Positions 10,382 to 19,263 of a DNA stretch of 64,000 nt are shown piece by piece. This stretch comes from an uncultured Planctomycetales bacterium. Its GTDB lineage: Bacteria > Planctomycetota > Planctomycetia > Pirellulales > S012-138. The stretch lies in NCBI GenBank assembly GCA_937927735.1, contig CALBRZ010000043.1:6614-70613 (forward strand), read 5' to 3'. The notes under the pieces were generated by a model, which was not told the DNA's origin, did not search any database, and saw nothing but the letters and a program-made list of their open reading frames with translations. Position numbers and translations under genes: made by a program. The first letter of the stretch is position 1; each line of letters begins with the position of its first letter.

Positions 10382-11698
10382 ATGAGCCAACGGTCAGGAA
10401 CCAGCCGTCGTGACTTCTTGAAAGCGTCGGCCGCCGCCGGCTTCTGCGTGTGGACGTCCACCGCGATCGCCGATAGCAAGTCGGCCAACGAGCAGATCAA
10501 CTTCGCCTGCATCGGCGTGGGCGGCAAAGGCAGCAGCGACACCGACGACGCCGGCGCGCACGGCAACGTGGTCGCCATCTGCGATATCGACGAGCGGCAC
10601 CTTGAGGCCAAGGCCAAAGCCTTCCCCAGGGCAAAAAAGTACACCGACTTCCGCAAGATGCTCGAGGAGCTCGACGGCTCCATCGACGCCGTCACCGTCA
10701 GCACGCCCGACCACACGCACGCCGTGGCGGCTGCCCAGGCCATCAAGATGGGCAAGCACGTCTACTGCCAGAAGCCGCTGACGCACTCGATTCATGAAGC
10801 CCGCGTGCTGGGTGAGCTGGCCGCCAAGCATGGCGTGGCCACCCAGATGGGCAACCAGGGCACCGCCAGCTCCGGCCTGCGGACCTCGGCCGCGTGGGTC
10901 AAGGCGGGCGCACTGGGCAAGGTGAAAGAAGTCCACGTGTGGACCAACCGCGCCGGCCGCTGGTGGAAGCAAGGCATCGATCGCCCCACCGACATGCCCG
11001 AAGTGCCCAAGCACGTTCACTGGGACCTGTTCCTGGGCCCCGCGCCCAAGCGGCCCTATCACCCGGCGTATCACCCGTTCGCCTGGCGCGGCTGGTGGGA
11101 CTTCGGCACCGGCGCTCTGGGCGACATGGCCTGCCACACCATGAACATGCCGTTCATGGCATTGGACCTGCGCAATCCCACGGCTGTGACCGCGGAAACC
11201 TCCGGCCACAACAAGGATAGCTTCCCGGTGTGGTCGATCATCACCTACGAGTTCCCGGCCACCAAGGAACGCGGCCCGCTGAAGCTCACCTGGTACGACG
11301 GCGGCAAGCTCCCGCCGGCCGAACTGCTTCCCGGTCAGCAAGTGCCCAGCAGCGGCGCGCTGATTATCGGTGAGCAGGGCTTCTTGTTCTCACCCGGCGA
11401 TTACGGCGGAGGCTCGCTGTTCGATCCCGAAGGCAAGCCGATGAAGGCCCCCGAGGTCGAGATCACCCAGTCGCCTGGCCACTTCCGCGAACTGGTCGAT
11501 GCCATCCGCGGCGGCGCCCCGGCGGTCTCCAACTTCCCCCACTACGCCAGCCCGCTCACGGAAACGGTGCTGCTGGGCAACCTAGCTGTCTGGGCCGGCA
11601 GCCGCGTGGAGTGGGACGCCGAGAACCTGGTGGCGAAGAACATGCCCGAACTCGCCCCGCTGATCAAGCACGAATACCCCAAGGGCTTTGAGCTGTAA
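10382..11698 (+). CDS. Gfo/Idh/MocA family oxidoreductase with twin-arginine signal
   Basis: 438 aa. TAT motif [13 protein letters not shown] and Rossmann motif [13 protein letters not shown]. Overall pattern matches periplasmic Gfo/Idh/MocA dehydrogenases. Confidence 0.85.
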   Translation: MSQRSGTSRRDFLKASAAAGFCVWTSTAIADSKSANEQINFACIGVGGKGSSDTDDAGAHGNVVAICDIDERHLEAKAKAFPRAKKYTDFRKMLEELDGSIDAVTVSTPDHTHAVAAAQAIKMGKHVYCQKPLTHSIHEARVLGELAAKHGVATQMGNQGTASSGLRTSAAWVKAGALGKVKEVHVWTNRAGRWWKQGIDRPTDMPEVPKHVHWDLFLGPAPKRPYHPAYHPFAWRGWWDFGTGALGDMACHTMNMPFMALDLRNPTAVTAETSGHNKDSFPVWSIITYEFPATKERGPLKLTWYDGGKLPPAELLPGQQVPSSGALIIGEQGFLFSPGDYGGGSLFDPEGKPMKAPEVEITQSPGHFRELVDAIRGGAPAVSNFPHYASPLTETVLLGNLAVWAGSRVEWDAENLVAKNMPELAPLIKHEYPKGFEL

Positions 11699-11801
11699 GC
11701 GGCCTTCAGGGCCGGCAGGCGAAACCACCGCCCGTGGCGGCCGCGTTGCAGGCCGGCACAGCGGACCAGCGCGCGGCAACAGGCCTGTAAACGATAATGA
11801 A

Positions 11802-11846
11802 GCAGCCCGCGTTTCCCTCGGTGGAAACGCGGGCTGCGTTTGTTTG
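11802..11846. terminator. Strong hairpin terminator between convergent genes (possibly bidirectional)
   Basis: Perfect 15-bp stem GCAGCCCGCGTTTCC / GGAAACGCGGGCTGC with a 6-nt loop, followed by GTTTGTTTG. It lies between the stop at 11698 (+) and the stop at 11879 (-). Confidence 0.7.
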
Positions 11847-11878
11847 CAGTGAGTGGAGTGCCGCGACGGCGTCACGCC

Positions 11879-12457
11879 CTAGCGACGGATGCCCCCTGCT
11901 CGCCAGTCCGTGCCTTCGCGCGGCGGATCGCTTGGCAGTTGTGTACCGCCGATGGCGTTGCGGTTGGCGACGGTCGGCCGCCCATCAAACGGATCGTTGC
12001 TGATCGCGACGCGGCGAGTGACTTCTTCCTCGACCATCCGCCGTTCGGTCACCGGCACCCGCTCGACCACCCGCTCGGGCACCAGCTCGCGGCGCGTCAC
12101 CGGCCGCCGGACGGTTTCGGTGCGGGTTTCCCAGCGTGTGACCGGCACGTAGCGATAAGCCAGATGCGGCTTGGCAAACGGGTTGAACCAGCCGGCCCAG
12201 TAGGCTTCCCAGCGGTATTCGGTGACCGGTACGTTGACCAGCCGGGTGTACTCCTCGGTTTCGGTGGAGTACTGCTCGCGGTAAACCGTCCGCTCGCGCT
12301 CTTCGAAGCGTGTTTCGGTGACTGGCCTCAACACCTTGGAGCGTGTCTCACGGTACCGCACCCCGTTTTCGACGTACTCGCGCACCTCCTGGGCAAAGGC
12401 GGTAGACGCACAGGCCAACAACCCTGCTGCAACGGCCCATCCATGGATCCGTGCCAC
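11879..12457 (-). CDS. Secreted R/E-rich repeat protein (five PVT[ER] repeats), hypothetical
   Basis: 192 aa. GTG start preceded by GGGAGGT 5 nt upstream. Signal peptide ...LLACASTAFAQE. Repeats are RPVTE, VPVTE, VPVTR, RPVTR and VPVTE, embedded in Arg/Glu/Thr-rich sequence. Confidence 0.7.
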   Translation of the reverse strand: MARIHGWAVAAGLLACASTAFAQEVREYVENGVRYRETRSKVLRPVTETRFEERERTVYREQYSTETEEYTRLVNVPVTEYRWEAYWAGWFNPFAKPHLAYRYVPVTRWETRTETVRRPVTRRELVPERVVERVPVTERRMVEEEVTRRVAISNDPFDGRPTVANRNAIGGTQLPSDPPREGTDWRAGGIRR

Positions 12458-12748
12458 GGTTACCTCCCAGCATCGCTAGAAATCCAATGCGGCGCTGGCG
12501 TCGACAGCGGCAGCGCCGCAGCCCCCGTCCAGGCCGGACGTTCGCGTTGGACTGTTCCGAGGATTGAACCCCGACCTCTGGTTCTGTATCGGCCAAGCCC
12601 GTATAAATGCGGCAACAAAATCGACCGATGTAACCGGTTTGCGCGAAAGCGCCGGCGCGATCTGACCTTGCGAAAAACGGGGGTTGCCCGCCCCCCGCCG
12701 CGCCGAGTTTGTCCTCCCTCCCCCCAACCTTCCGGACCGGAAAATACG

Positions 12749-13069
12749 ATGGCAAACGGCTTGAGAATTGACGAAACGATGCTTCCGTTGCTCCGTTGCC
12801 CCGCCAGCTATCAGAAGCTGCGGCTGGCCACGGCCGACGAATTGGCTCGCGTCAATGACAGCATTGCCCAGAAGCGTTTGACCACCGTGGGTGGGGACCA
12901 GGTGCAGGAACCGCTGGAGGCCGCCTTGGTGCGCGACGACGGCACGCTGCTGTATCCGGTGGTCGACGGCATCGCGCGCTTGATCGTCGACGACGGCATC
13001 AAGCTGCCCGGCGATTTGACGCTGTCGGCCTCGTCCGGCAGCGACGGCAGCAACGGGGCGGCGCAGTAG
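12749..13069 (+). CDS. Trm112-family (UPF0434-like) small protein
   Basis: 106 aa. MLPLLRCPASYQKLRL ... LLYPVVDGIARLI is the typical Trm112/YcaR-like pattern. Only the last 106 codons of the 409-aa track ORF (11840..13069) look coding. Confidence 0.7.
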   Translation: MANGLRIDETMLPLLRCPASYQKLRLATADELARVNDSIAQKRLTTVGGDQVQEPLEAALVRDDGTLLYPVVDGIARLIVDDGIKLPGDLTLSASSGSDGSNGAAQ

Positions 13070-13085
13070 CGAATCCGTCGAGCGG

Positions 13086-13481
13086 TTAAAGCTGCTCGGG
13101 CGGCGGGTCCAGGTGGATTTCGGGGATCCGCTCGGCGTCGATTTCGATCTGCGGGTAATCTTCGGTACTGGCCAGCACGTCGGCGAAGCAGTGCTCCATC
13201 TGGGCCAGGAACTTCTCCAGATTGAGTCCCAGATACAGCGGCCGGTACCGCTCCAGGTAGGAGCGCGAGCTGTGGTACAGCTTGCGCGCGCCGCGGATGT
13301 TGCCGTTGCCAAAGTGATACAGGGCAACGGCAGCCTGGATCAGTCCCTGGTAGAACTTGCGGCTCTCGCCCTGCTCATCGGCCCAGAGCTCTTCCCACGC
13401 CTCGTGGCTTTCGAAGAACTCGCACTCGTTGAAGTAGCGAATGCCCTCCAGGTACAGCGGGTGATAGGTACTCTGGCTCAT
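13086..13481 (-). CDS. DUF309 domain-containing protein
   Basis: GIRYFNECEFFESHEAWEELW ... FYQGLIQAAVALYHFGNGN matches the DUF309 signature. Start set at MSQ (13481) because a terminator hairpin occupies 13510-13546. Confidence 0.75.
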   Translation of the reverse strand: MSQSTYHPLYLEGIRYFNECEFFESHEAWEELWADEQGESRKFYQGLIQAAVALYHFGNGNIRGARKLYHSSRSYLERYRPLYLGLNLEKFLAQMEHCFADVLASTEDYPQIEIDAERIPEIHLDPPPEQL

Positions 13482-13509
13482 GGCATCGCCTTGCGTGCAT
13501 GGGGGCACC

Positions 13510-13546
13510 AACAAAACAAAGGGGGGCCAGATGGCTCCGGCCCCCT
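13510..13546 (-). terminator. Rho-independent terminator candidate after the BI-1 gene
   Basis: GGGGGCC / GGCCCCC 7-bp stem with a 10-nt loop. On the minus strand it is followed by TTTGTTTTGTT. Confidence 0.45.
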
Positions 13547-13588
13547 CTTGTTCGCTTGTTAGAAGCTGGCTTTTATCCGGCGGCGAGG

Positions 13589-14320
13589 TTAGTCGTCGCT
13601 GGAGTACCGCATCACCAGTTGCAGCACGTACCAGAACAGCGTGGCCAGCGAGGCAAACAGCGCCAGGGCGGCCGCCACATGTTGGGTGGTCTGATAGTGG
13701 TACAACACGTTGCTGGTTTCGTACAGAATCCAGCCGCTCATCAGCACGACCATCGCCCAGGTGAAGATCACGCCCAGGTTGAATCCAAAGAGGATCGCGG
13801 CCAGGATCAACGCCATCGCGCCAAACGAGCCGACGATCAAGATGCCGCGGAGGAACGAGAAGTCCTTGGCGGTGAAGAACACCGTCACCGTCAAACCGGC
13901 GAAGATCACCATCGTGATCAGACCGGCCGGCATGATGATCTCAACATTTTGGGCCACTTCCATCGCCCGGGCCACATACAGCAGCGGCACGAAAATCAGC
14001 GATTCGATCAGCACGTACAGGCCGAGCCCCAGGTACTGCACGCCCGGCGACGTGGCACTGCTGGCCATGCGGTTGGCGATGAACGAGACGACCATGAAGG
14101 CGCCTAGTACCGCCAGCCATCCCCAGCGCGTGCCGAGGATCGACATCGAGATGCCGGCCGCAAAGCCTGAGGCGAACCAGATCGACTCGAGGATGATGAA
14201 CAGCAGGACCGCCCCCCCCAGGTGGAGATACGTCTTGCGGATGAAGTCTGCCCGCTCGTCGACGGTAGCTTCGGCAGCGACACGGCCAAAGGAAGCGTAC
14301 GGATTCTGCACCTGGCTCAT
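13589..14320 (-). CDS. Bax inhibitor-1/YccA family membrane protein
   Basis: 243 aa from MSQVQNPYASF. FIRKTYLHLGGAVLLF followed by seven hydrophobic segments, typical of the BI-1/TMBIM family. AAGGGGG SD-like sequence lies upstream of the ATG at 14320. Confidence 0.85.
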   Translation of the reverse strand: MSQVQNPYASFGRVAAEATVDERADFIRKTYLHLGGAVLLFIILESIWFASGFAAGISMSILGTRWGWLAVLGAFMVVSFIANRMASSATSPGVQYLGLGLYVLIESLIFVPLLYVARAMEVAQNVEIIMPAGLITMVIFAGLTVTVFFTAKDFSFLRGILIVGSFGAMALILAAILFGFNLGVIFTWAMVVLMSGWILYETSNVLYHYQTTQHVAAALALFASLATLFWYVLQLVMRYSSDD

Positions 14321-14795
14321 GGGAGGCCCCCTTTTTGGGAACAGGATAAGACGAACTACCCCTAAGGACGTGCGGCAGTTGACGACACGGTACCTTATAT
14401 TGTCGCTTTCGGTCAAGAAGTTTAGATCTTGCCGCAACTCGCTTATATTTTTGAACTTAAGGGGCGGTTTTGAGTGTTCAAAACCGGCGCGACGCTAGCA
14501 CTGCGGCAGCTGCCCCCCCTCCACGCGAAGGGGCAATCGGCAGCGCATCTGTGCCGGCATGCACTTTTTCTACTACGTTTCAAGATACCGCAGTGGTGCA
14601 CCTTAGGGTTCAGATTCTTGCCTATTTTGTACAGTCCGCGTGTCTCAATGCCTGAGGCGTCTCTGACGCAACTTCACGGTGCGACTCGCGTTGACCGCCG
14701 CTCGCCTGTGAGCTAGCTTCTCGCTCGCGCCTGCAGCTAGGCGCAAGCGGGGGGAAGGATGCCCCCGGCGCAGAATCCTTCTCCAAGGATGGAGC

Positions 14796-16532
14796 ATGCG
14801 ACAACACCTGGCCACACTTGCCGTTCTCTCCCTGGTGGTAGCCGCCATCCAAGTGTGGTGCGTGTGGCATGCCGTCGTTCCTGCCCAGGATGCCGTGCGC
14901 TATGTGGCGCTGGCCAAGGCCATGCAAGAGCACGGCGTGTGGGAAGTCGTCTGCGCTACGCACGATGAACCGCTCTTTCCCCTGCTGGTTTACGGCGTCC
15001 ATTCAGCCGCCGAGTGGGTGGCCGGCCCCGATGCCATCTCATGGCTTGCGGCCGCGCAAGGGACCGCCGCCGCGGCCGTGGTGCTGACCATCTTTCCGCT
15101 GTACGGCCTGATGCTGTGCGTGGTGCCGTGGCACGCCGCGATTGCCGGAGGCCTGTTCTATGCAGCACTGGGCTCGCTCGCCCGGCTCGGAGCCGACGGG
15201 ATCGCCGATAGCACCCACCTGCTGCTGCTCACCACGGCGCTGCTGTTGGCCGTGGTGACCTGGAAGCGGCTGGATCGCATCGCCCCGGTTGATGCTTCCT
15301 CAGACGAAGCGATGGAACCCGAAGCGGTGCTCGCGCCCCGTCCCGTATCAGCCCAAGTTGCGCTGGTGGCCCTAGGGTGCTTCGCGGCCGGGCTCGTAGC
15401 GGCCTTTGCGGCGCTTGCCAGGGCAGAAGCCATTCTGCTGGTGCCGGCCTGGTTGGCGGTGCTAGCCTGCCGACTTGCCTGGCGGAGCGGACGCCGCATC
15501 GCCACGTTTGCCGCCGCCTCCAGTTGGATGCTCGGCTGGACGGTCGTGCTGTTGCCGTACCTGTATCTGGCTGAAACACCGAACCTGGCCCTGGCCGCCG
15601 CGCGTTTGGCAGCGCAACCATTCGGCGCCGCCGGGCTGAACGAACTGGATGAACCCGAGCACCGCCCCCTGCGGACCCGCCGGCTGCGGACCGAGGAAGG
15701 CGAACGCCTATCGTTCGATCGCAAAGATCCGGAAACCAGCCTCCGCCGCGAAGGCTGGCTGGCTGCCGGCCGTGAATTCCTGAAAGAGCTGCCCGGTGCG
15801 TTCCACTATTGGATCGGCATCTTGTCCGTCATCGGGCTGGCCACGTTGCCGCCCACCGGGCGTCGGCGTCTGGCCGACCGCTTCATCTGGTCGTTTTGGA
15901 TCGTCTACAGCTTCGCGATCGTGATCGCCGCCAGCTACCTGGGCTACATGGCAACGCGACACGTGCTGCCGCTGGTCATCCTGGGGCTAGGTCCGGCAGG
16001 CCTTGGCGCCATGACCGTGGGAGCCTGGCTGATGCGGCTGGTGGCTCACCGCAAGGGTGAGCAGCCAGCCACCGCAACATCGCCATGGCGCAGGCTACCG
16101 ACCGCAACCAAGGCAAGCTGGGCCATCGTGGCGGCAGTGGTGGCGATCTGCCTCACACGTACGTTGCCGCCCCTGCATCATGGCCGCGAACCGCATCGCC
16201 AGGCAGCCCACTGGATCGCCCAACAACAAACCCCCGGCCGCGTGCTCGACACGCGCGGCTGGACCGGCCTGATCACCGGCCGTGAAACGTACACCTACGA
16301 ACGGGCATCGCTGGCGTGGGCCGATCCGCAACTGGTTTACGTGGTGCTCGAACAACACGAGCTGACGCGAGACACCGCCCGCAGCCGCACGATGGCCACC
16401 TTGTTGAAGCAAGCCGGCGAACGGGTTGCCACGTTCAACAACCCGACCGGCGACCAAGGCAAAGGAGTCGCCATTTATCGTTGGTATCCCGAGCGGCTAA
16501 CGATGGCCCAGCGGCGTAATCGCACCAGGTGA
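14796..16532 (+). CDS. GT-C fold membrane glycosyltransferase (family 39/83, ArnT/PMT-like)
   Basis: 578 aa and polytopic. First-loop motif HDEPLFPLLVYG (DE-x acidic loop typical of ArnT/PMT-like enzymes). GGAG lies 2-5 nt upstream of the ATG. Confidence 0.55.
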   Translation: MRQHLATLAVLSLVVAAIQVWCVWHAVVPAQDAVRYVALAKAMQEHGVWEVVCATHDEPLFPLLVYGVHSAAEWVAGPDAISWLAAAQGTAAAAVVLTIFPLYGLMLCVVPWHAAIAGGLFYAALGSLARLGADGIADSTHLLLLTTALLLAVVTWKRLDRIAPVDASSDEAMEPEAVLAPRPVSAQVALVALGCFAAGLVAAFAALARAEAILLVPAWLAVLACRLAWRSGRRIATFAAASSWMLGWTVVLLPYLYLAETPNLALAAARLAAQPFGAAGLNELDEPEHRPLRTRRLRTEEGERLSFDRKDPETSLRREGWLAAGREFLKELPGAFHYWIGILSVIGLATLPPTGRRRLADRFIWSFWIVYSFAIVIAASYLGYMATRHVLPLVILGLGPAGLGAMTVGAWLMRLVAHRKGEQPATATSPWRRLPTATKASWAIVAAVVAICLTRTLPPLHHGREPHRQAAHWIAQQQTPGRVLDTRGWTGLITGRETYTYERASLAWADPQLVYVVLEQHELTRDTARSRTMATLLKQAGERVATFNNPTGDQGKGVAIYRWYPERLTMAQRRNRTR

Positions 16533-16703
16533 GTCCGCGTGCATGGTTCGCCATCGCTGGCCCCGGTCGAAATGACATTCGCCTTCAGACAATCCAATCG
16601 CGCCGTGCCCTGACCAGCGCTACATCGTCCACATACGTCGTCGCCGCCGAGCCGATTCGGCCCCGGCCTCCCCTGTCCCCTTGATTAGCTGCTCCCCCCT
16701 GCC

Positions 16704-17435
16704 ATGCGCGACAACGTCCGAGCCTTCATTCAATGTGCCGCTTCGTCCTATTCCATGGAGGGGCCCGTCTATGAGTTCGGCTCCTTCCTGGTGCCCGGCC
16801 AGGAGCAACTGGCCAATCTGCGGCCGCTGTTCCCCAATCGGCCTTACATCGGCTGCGACATGCGACCCGGCCCCGGCGTGGACCAGGTGCAGGACCTGGG
16901 ACACCTGACGCTCGACGACGAAGTCGCCGGCACCGTGATCTGCGTGGATACGCTGGAGCACGTGTTCGAGGTCCGCCGGGCGGTGGACGAAATGATCCGC
17001 ATCCTGCGTCCCGGCGGCATGCTGCTGGTGAGCGTGCCGCTCGACTTCCGCATCCACGATTACCCCGACGATTACTGGCGTCTTACGCCCAGTTGTGTTG
17101 CCCGGCTGCTGGCTCCGCTGGCCGCCACAGTCGTGGGTTCTCAGGGGGTGGAAGGCTATCCGCACACCGTTTTTGGCATCGGCGTGAAGGCGCCGGTACC
17201 GGCCGGCTTCGCACAGCGCACGGGCATGTTGATCCGGTCGTTTGAAGCCTGGTGCGTTTCCGCGCAGCGGGAGCAGCCCGCCTGGCAAAAGTTCAAACGC
17301 TGGATCAGCGCCTGGACACGCAGCAAAGGCGAGCGGCGTCGCGCCCGGGCGGAGTTCACCAGCCGATTTGTGGTGCAGTTTCCGGCCAGCTCCGCGGAAG
17401 ACACGCGAGCGCTGTTGGATCGCACGTTGGCCTAG
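16704..17435 (+). CDS. Class I SAM-dependent methyltransferase
   Basis: 243 aa. VYEFGS (motif I-like), IGCDM, VICVDTLEHVFE and LRPGGMLLVSVP match the Methyltransf_11-like pattern. Confidence 0.7.
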   Translation: MRDNVRAFIQCAASSYSMEGPVYEFGSFLVPGQEQLANLRPLFPNRPYIGCDMRPGPGVDQVQDLGHLTLDDEVAGTVICVDTLEHVFEVRRAVDEMIRILRPGGMLLVSVPLDFRIHDYPDDYWRLTPSCVARLLAPLAATVVGSQGVEGYPHTVFGIGVKAPVPAGFAQRTGMLIRSFEAWCVSAQREQPAWQKFKRWISAWTRSKGERRRARAEFTSRFVVQFPASSAEDTRALLDRTLA

Positions 17436-17510
17436 TTGCCTCGCGTGAGCTGCCAACGGTGCGATTGCTGGATTCTTCGTTCGATCGTTTCCTGTCGGCG
17501 TTCGTTTACC

Positions 17511-19220
17511 ATGCAGCCTGTTTCGAGCGCATCAGCTATGGACGGTTATGCATCCGGCACCGATCGCGTGTTGGTGATCGGTTTGGATGGCGCAACGTGG
17601 GACCTGCTGACTCCCCTCGCCGAGGCCGGCGTGCTGCCGAACCTGGCGACGCTCATACGGCGTTCGGCCTTGGCGCGGCTGCTCTCGACCAGCCCGTTCA
17701 TCACGCCGGTGGCTTGGACCAGTTTTCAGACGGGCAACGACGTCGCCGAGCACGGCATCTTCGACTACCGCTACTGGGACCATCGCCGGGGCCAGTTGTG
17801 TTTGAACGATGCCGGACGGATCGGCACCACCACGCTATTTGAAGCGGTGGCCGCCTCGGGCCGCACGGTGGTGTCCATCAACTTGCCGGTAACGCACCCG
17901 CCACGGCTGGGCGAACCGCACGTGATCCTGGGCGGCTTGGATAGCCCTTCGGTCGATCAGGTGTTGGCCGCCAATCCGCGGTTCGCGGCCAAGATGCAGG
18001 AGGCCGGCCTCCAATACGACCTGTCGCCGGTGTGGAAGCACAAGCCACGCTCCTTCGAAGAATTGCAGGCAGGCGTCGAGCGTACCCGGCACGCGTTTCA
18101 AAACCATGTGGCAACCGCCCGGTTGGCCGATGCAACCACCGACTGGTGCCTGATGGTCGTGCAGTTTCAGGCCCTGGATGCGCTCCAGCATCGCTGCTGG
18201 CATCTGCTCGTGCCCGACGCCCAAGCGGATCCGGCTTGGGTGGCCGAGGCGCGGCGGGCGATGCAGGCGCTGGATGAAGCCTGTGGGCAGCTCTTGGAGC
18301 TGGCCGATCAGCGCGGCGCCGCGGTGATCGCCCTCAGCGATCATGGCTTCGGCACCTTCGAAGGCAAAATCTCGGTGCCACGAGTGCTCGAACGGCAAGG
18401 CCTGCTCGTTCCGGCCTCCGGGGCGCAGCAGATCGCCTGGCTGGCAAACCGGATGACTTCCAAGCTTAGCCGGTGGTGGTGGAAACGGCGTCATCCCGGC
18501 CACCGCAGTGCCAGCCTGGCCCTGTCGGCCCGCGGCCGTATCCCGCTCGATTGGAAACGCACGCGGGCAGTCACGCTACACGGCGACCTGGCGGCCATGG
18601 TTTACCTGAATCGGCCCGAGCGGTTCGGCGGCGGTCCTCTCCGCACGACGTCCCAAGTCCGTCAGACAGCACTAGAAGTGTGTGCCGCCCTCAAGGCGGC
18701 GCGGCATCCCCAACTCGACACGCCACTCTTCACCGAAGCCTATGTCGTGGAAAGCCGCTTTGACTGCGATCCGCTGGAGCGGTGCTGGCCCGACGTGGTT
18801 GCCATTCCGGCCGACGGCTGGCATACCCGCAGCAAGTGGGATGCGGCCGACCTGGTCGTCCTGCCAGACGACGACTTGACCGGCACGCACCGCCGCGAAG
18901 GCGTGCTGATGATCGACGCCCCGGGTGCTCCGTGCGGGGAACACCTGGAAGCCGGCCTGTGGGACGTTGCCCCTACGGTCTTGCGCGTGCTGGGGCTGGA
19001 GGTGCCCGCCTCGATGACCGGCAAGACGCTGCTGCCGGAGTTGCCGCCACGTTTCCGCGCAAATAGCGCACCCCAGCGCCGCCTGGTCGCCAGCGGCTGC
19101 CATCAATCAGGCATTTCGGCGGCCAGCAGTGCGCCGCCGGAAGCGCAGCCTAAACCGCTCACGGCCGAGCAGTTGGCGGCGGTCGAGCAGCGGCTGCGCG
19201 ACCTGGGTTACATGGACTAA
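17511..19220 (+). CDS. Alkaline-phosphatase superfamily protein (type I phosphodiesterase / nucleotide pyrophosphatase family)
   Basis: VLVIGLDGATWDLL ... PFITPVAWTSFQTG ... ALSDHGF are hallmark NPP/AlkP-core motifs. Start set at ATG 17511; the longest ORF starts at 17436. Confidence 0.72.
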   Translation: MQPVSSASAMDGYASGTDRVLVIGLDGATWDLLTPLAEAGVLPNLATLIRRSALARLLSTSPFITPVAWTSFQTGNDVAEHGIFDYRYWDHRRGQLCLNDAGRIGTTTLFEAVAASGRTVVSINLPVTHPPRLGEPHVILGGLDSPSVDQVLAANPRFAAKMQEAGLQYDLSPVWKHKPRSFEELQAGVERTRHAFQNHVATARLADATTDWCLMVVQFQALDALQHRCWHLLVPDAQADPAWVAEARRAMQALDEACGQLLELADQRGAAVIALSDHGFGTFEGKISVPRVLERQGLLVPASGAQQIAWLANRMTSKLSRWWWKRRHPGHRSASLALSARGRIPLDWKRTRAVTLHGDLAAMVYLNRPERFGGGPLRTTSQVRQTALEVCAALKAARHPQLDTPLFTEAYVVESRFDCDPLERCWPDVVAIPADGWHTRSKWDAADLVVLPDDDLTGTHRREGVLMIDAPGAPCGEHLEAGLWDVAPTVLRVLGLEVPASMTGKTLLPELPPRFRANSAPQRRLVASGCHQSGISAASSAPPEAQPKPLTAEQLAAVEQRLRDLGYMD

Positions 19221-19263
19221 GTCGCGCAGCCGGCTATCGCGGCCTCGTTGAACAGACGGCCAC

